Shown piece after piece: positions 29,672 through 33,133 of a stretch of DNA of 33,133 nt. Made by a program: the position numbers and the translations under genes. The notes beneath the pieces are model-generated. The model saw only the letters and a program-made list of their open reading frames with translations. It had not been told where the DNA came from and made no database searches. Source of the DNA: an uncultured Collinsella sp. (GTDB lineage Bacteria; Actinomycetota; Coriobacteriia; Coriobacteriales; Coriobacteriaceae); contig URVF01000001.1 of NCBI GenBank assembly GCA_900551185.1, positions 1 to 33,133 of the forward strand, in the 5' to 3' direction. Each line of letters starts with the position of its first letter. Position 1 is the first letter of the stretch.

Positions 29672-30970
29672 CTACCGGTGGTCGGCGATGTAGCCCAAAG
29701 CGACGGCGGCATAAGCCGCGGCGCCAAGGGGAAGCTCAGCATCGCTAAAACGTGCCTTGGGATGATGCTGAGCAAAATGCTCGTCCGTATCAGTCACGGC
29801 AGCGCCCACGGTAAAGTACGCACTCGGGATCTCGCTCGAAATCAACGCGAAGTCCTCGCTCGCCATGGCGTGGAACAGCGGCAGGAAGGCGGCCTTGGGC
29901 AGCGCCACACCCACATAGCCAAGCGAAGCCTGAGTCATATCGTCATCGAGTACGAGCGGGGGAACATCCGAGAGCGTCTCGATAGTCGCCGGCGTACGAT
30001 AGGTCGAGGCAACGCCTTTGACGACCTCCGCGATGCGGGTCTTGAGGTGCTCCATGAGCTCGACGTCGAAGCCACGCAGCGTTCCCTCGAGCACACAAGT
30101 GTCGGGGATGACATTTGCGGCCTGACCGCCGGCGAACTTGCCAACGGTAAGCGCGACCTCCTTGGCCGCCGGCACCTCGCGGGAGATGAGCTCCTGAAGC
30201 GCCAGATGCACATGGACGCCGGCCGTGATGGGGTCGATGCAGATCTCGGGGCTCGAGCCATGGCCGCCCTTGCCCTGAAGCATGATGCGAAAACCGTACA
30301 CTCCCGAGAGCGCCGGGCTGCCGTAGAGCACCAGGCCAAGCGGCGACTGGCTATTGACATGCATGGCAAAGGCGGCCTGGGGACGCGGATTCTGCAGCAG
30401 ACCGTCGGCAATGGCGGCGCGGGCGCCCTCAAAGGTTTCCTCGCCCGGCTGGAACAGCAACTTAACCGTGGCGTTGGCGTCGACAAGCTCGGACTCGCGG
30501 GCCTTAAGCAGGTGGGCGGCACCAAGCAGGGCCGTCGCATGCATATCGTGGCCGCAAGCATGCATGCAGCCGTTGACAGAGGCGAAATGCTCGCCCGACT
30601 CTTCCGCGACGGGCAGTGCGTCCATGTCGCCACGGAGCATGATGACCGTGCCGGCCTGATCGTCCGTGCACATACCGTTGCCCTGGGCCGCCACGGCCGC
30701 ACCAGCACCAATAAGGCCCACAACACAGGAGCCGTCGACGAGCGTGGCAAACGGGATGCCCATCTCGGTCAGACGTGCCTGGATATACGCAGAGGTTTGC
30801 GGAAGGCGATTACCCAACTCGGGCGTCTGATGCAGGTCGTGGCGCCACGCAGCAAGTTTGTCTGCAAAAGCTTGAGCCTCGGCAACAAGACCGTCACCGA
30901 TAGCGGCTTGCGCTGCCGGGGTGGCCTTGGGCGCTGATTGCGGTTGGAGATTGGACTGAGCTGGTGCCAT
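29672..30970 (-). CDS. M20-family amidohydrolase (hippuricase/AbgB/IAA-amino acid hydrolase-like)
   Basis: RHDLHQTPELG, LRGDMDALP, MHACGHD, FQPGEE, GKGGHGS, SEDF and HHP. Confidence 0.92.
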   Translation of the reverse strand: MAPAQSNLQPQSAPKATPAAQAAIGDGLVAEAQAFADKLAAWRHDLHQTPELGNRLPQTSAYIQARLTEMGIPFATLVDGSCVVGLIGAGAAVAAQGNGMCTDDQAGTVIMLRGDMDALPVAEESGEHFASVNGCMHACGHDMHATALLGAAHLLKARESELVDANATVKLLFQPGEETFEGARAAIADGLLQNPRPQAAFAMHVNSQSPLGLVLYGSPALSGVYGFRIMLQGKGGHGSSPEICIDPITAGVHVHLALQELISREVPAAKEVALTVGKFAGGQAANVIPDTCVLEGTLRGFDVELMEHLKTRIAEVVKGVASTYRTPATIETLSDVPPLVLDDDMTQASLGYVGVALPKAAFLPLFHAMASEDFALISSEIPSAYFTVGAAVTDTDEHFAQHHPKARFSDAELPLGAAAYAAVALGYIADHR

Positions 30971-31048
30971 AGATGCCCTCCAGTATTATTTGTGCAGCAA
31001 ACACTTTGATGGTCTAAAGTGCAAGGTATAACTGTAAGGGCGTTACAT

Positions 31049-31075
31049 AAAAAACGCCGCCCCAGGAGGGCGGCG
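31049..31075 (-). terminator. Intrinsic terminator after the EamA gene
   Basis: AAAAAA-CGCCGCCC-cagga-GGGCGGCG. Confidence 0.8.
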
Positions 31076-31086
31076 CAACAAGTTGT

Positions 31087-32070
31087 TTACAATTGCGCGC
31101 AATTATTTCGACGCAAAAAATCGAAATGTGTCTCGCTCAAGATGATCGACAAGAAGATGAGGACGAAGCCGGCAAGCAGACGCGAAGTGAGCGCCTCCCC
31201 CATCAACAGCACCGAAAACAACACGCCCGAAGGGGACTCCATCGAAAGGAGCAGCGAGCCCGTCGAAGCCGGGACATGCGCCAGGCCGACGTTTTGGATG
31301 AGCAGAGCCACGCACGTGCAGCCCACCGAGAGAAAGGCCATCACGCCGATAAAGCTCGGCGTCCACACGGACAGAGGCGCTTGGGTCTCGAACAACAACG
31401 ACGAGATAAGGCTCAAGACGCCATTGCCCACAAACATCCAAAACGTGATGACGTTGATGTCCATCTTTCGGCCGTACTTGGCCGTCACCGACATCTGAAT
31501 GGCAAAGAAAACCGCACCGCCCAGCGTGATGGCATCACCGATGTTGAACTCGACGCTATCGAGCGCCACCAAGCCAATGCCCGCCAAGCACAGCAGTGCC
31601 GCGCCCAGGTTATAGCGGGTGAGTTTTTCGCCGCTCAGAAAATAGCTCGCAAAGGGCACGAGGATGCAGTATGTTCCCGTCAAAAACGCGTTCTTGCCCG
31701 CTGTGGTGTGCGCCAGACCGACCGTCTGCAAGGCATAGGCTGCCCACATGAGCGCGCCCATGCTCAGACCGACAATCAGATTGCGAGCGTTAAGGTGGGC
31801 GGCGATGCGCTTGCGAAAGATAACAAGCATGACCAGCGCCGCGGGAAGAAAACGAATATAGAGCAGTTCGAACACCGGAATGGTGTCGAGCGCGTCCTTC
31901 ATAGTGGTAAAGGAGTAGCCCCAGATAATCGCCACCGAAAGCAGTAGAACTTTCCAGAACAACGGCGAACGAGCACCAGCACCACGGGAGGTGCCGCCCG
32001 CGCCCAGGTCCTCGCGAGCAACAGGGCTATCGGGCATGTTTTCGATTTCGTTGGCAGCGTATTGGGCCAT
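31087..32070 (-). CDS. EamA/DMT-family transporter
   Basis: About 10 TM segments; motifs IIWGYSF, LQTVGLAHTTAGKNAFLT and LLLSMESP..LLMGE. Confidence 0.92.
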   Translation of the reverse strand: MAQYAANEIENMPDSPVAREDLGAGGTSRGAGARSPLFWKVLLLSVAIIWGYSFTTMKDALDTIPVFELLYIRFLPAALVMLVIFRKRIAAHLNARNLIVGLSMGALMWAAYALQTVGLAHTTAGKNAFLTGTYCILVPFASYFLSGEKLTRYNLGAALLCLAGIGLVALDSVEFNIGDAITLGGAVFFAIQMSVTAKYGRKMDINVITFWMFVGNGVLSLISSLLFETQAPLSVWTPSFIGVMAFLSVGCTCVALLIQNVGLAHVPASTGSLLLSMESPSGVLFSVLLMGEALTSRLLAGFVLIFLSIILSETHFDFLRRNNCAQL

Positions 32071-32141
32071 GGAACATCCTCACACTCAAACTGGGCGTGG
32101 TGTCCGCACGCGTATGGCTGCATGCCGCCTCATGGTCAAAT

Positions 32142-32176
32142 AAAAACGGGACGCGCCGGACCCCCGGCACGCCCCG
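32142..32176 (-). terminator. Probable terminator after the YhgE/Pip gene
   Basis: AAAAA-CGGGACGCGCCGG-accc-CCGGCACGCCCCG. On the minus strand one mismatch becomes a G-U pair and the other a U-G pair. Confidence 0.6.
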
Positions 32177-32270
32177 CTACTGTAGCAACAACCAACGTCA
32201 CACCGCAATTCACCGCACTAAAGCGTCGGCAGAGTAAACCTCAATGTTTCGTCAATGTCACGCTGTTGCA

Positions 32271-33086
32271 CTAAATAAGTTTCGTGCTTTCAAGCTTTTC
32301 GATGATCCAGTCGTTGGCTTTGATGACTGGGCGGCGGAAGACCACGCCCAGGGCCAGCGACGGAATCAGATAGCTCGTCAGAATGCCCAGCTCAATCCAG
32401 TACTCCATATGGTAGGCACCGGCCATGGCGGCATGCATGGCGTTGATGCCGTGGGTAAACGGCAGGAACGGATAGATTGCCTGGAACACGGGGCCGGTCA
32501 TCTCGATGGGGAACGTGCCGCCCGAACCACCGACCTGCATAACCAACAGCACGACAGCGAGTGCCTTACCGATATCGCCAAACGACACCGTAAGCGTGTA
32601 GACGATATTGGAGAACACGAGGCTCGCGACCCAGCCCGCCAGCACAAACTGCAGCGGGTTGTCGCACTGGATGCCAAAGAACAGGATATCGCCCGCGCAT
32701 ACGAGTGTTGCCTGCAGCAGGGCCAGACCGCCAAAGAACAGGTAACGGCCCAGATAGATCTCGTGCAGGCGCACGGGGATGAGCTCGTTGATGAGCTCAT
32801 CGTCGACCGAAACCTTCATCATGGCAGCCAGCACGATCGAGCCGACCCAGAGCGACAGGATCGTGTAGAACGGCGCCATGGCAGAGCCGTAATTGCGGAT
32901 TGGATAGACCGGCTTGCGGTCGAGCGCGACGGGACCGGAAAGCGACGCGGCCAAACCATCGGGGTCGTTGCCGATCATCGTCTTGATCGTGGCCAAATCG
33001 TCCGACATAAGGGCACCATCGAGCTCGTCCTTGAAAGCGCTAATCTTGTCCGCCGCCTCGCCCAGCTGGTCAGAAGCCTTGTTGAC
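32271..33086 (-). CDS. YhgE/Pip-family membrane protein, C-terminal part (5'-truncated by the contig end)
   Basis: YPIRNYGSAMAPFYTILSLWVG, GDIGKALAVVLLVMQVGGSGGTFPIE and PFLPFT. The 'MYKRQ' start is adapter-derived. Confidence 0.92.
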   Translation of the reverse strand, partial: VNKASDQLGEAADKISAFKDELDGALMSDDLATIKTMIGNDPDGLAASLSGPVALDRKPVYPIRNYGSAMAPFYTILSLWVGSIVLAAMMKVSVDDELINELIPVRLHEIYLGRYLFFGGLALLQATLVCAGDILFFGIQCDNPLQFVLAGWVASLVFSNIVYTLTVSFGDIGKALAVVLLVMQVGGSGGTFPIEMTGPVFQAIYPFLPFTHGINAMHAAMAGAYHMEYWIELGILTSYLIPSLALGVVFRRPVIKANDWIIEKLESTKLI

Positions 33087-33133
33087 CTGTCTCTTATACA
33101 CATCTCCGAGCCCACGAGACTAGGCATGATCTC
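33087..33133 (+). other. Nextera adapter read-through with i7 index, sequencing artefact
   Basis: CTGTCTCTTATACACATCTCCGAGCCCACGAGAC + 8-nt index TAGGCATG (N706 as I recall) + ATCTC, the start of the P7 reverse complement. Confidence 0.98.

Overview
A 33-kb high-GC chromosomal contig, most consistent with a gut Coriobacteriia such as Collinsella (inferred from gene content and codon style). Both ends are untrimmed Nextera adapter, so the two terminal genes are truncated. Gene order: partial LacI and GntR regulators; a stand-alone Schlafen/AlbA_2-HATPase-wHTH gene; an Fe-S flavoenzyme of the OYE (BaiH/BaiCD-like) family; a feoA-feoA-feoB cluster plus a small Cys-rich gene; an HPr with Asp at position 46; an ebgA-ebgC-amino-acid permease operon with a divergent LacI regulator and three operators; aspS; serB; a convergent lactate-racemase locus (larB-larC N-terminal half-TetR facing larD-larA, with no larE, larC2 or larR in the window); ppc; hisS; an MFS remnant; an M20 amidohydrolase; an EamA transporter; and a partial YhgE/Pip gene. 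The best leads are (i) the lar locus, which may be controlled by an SczA-like metal-sensing TetR and by a structured terminator-containing larA leader, (ii) a compact multi-hairpin, kissing-loop RNA candidate at about 3255-3383, (iii) a 62-bp-period array of covarying hairpins at 16155-16325, (iv) the HPr with a natural phosphomimetic Asp46, and (v) the ebg operon as a possible galactosyl-amino-acid utilisation system. No rRNA, tRNA, CRISPR array or transposase was seen. All family calls come from motif recognition by eye; no searches were run.
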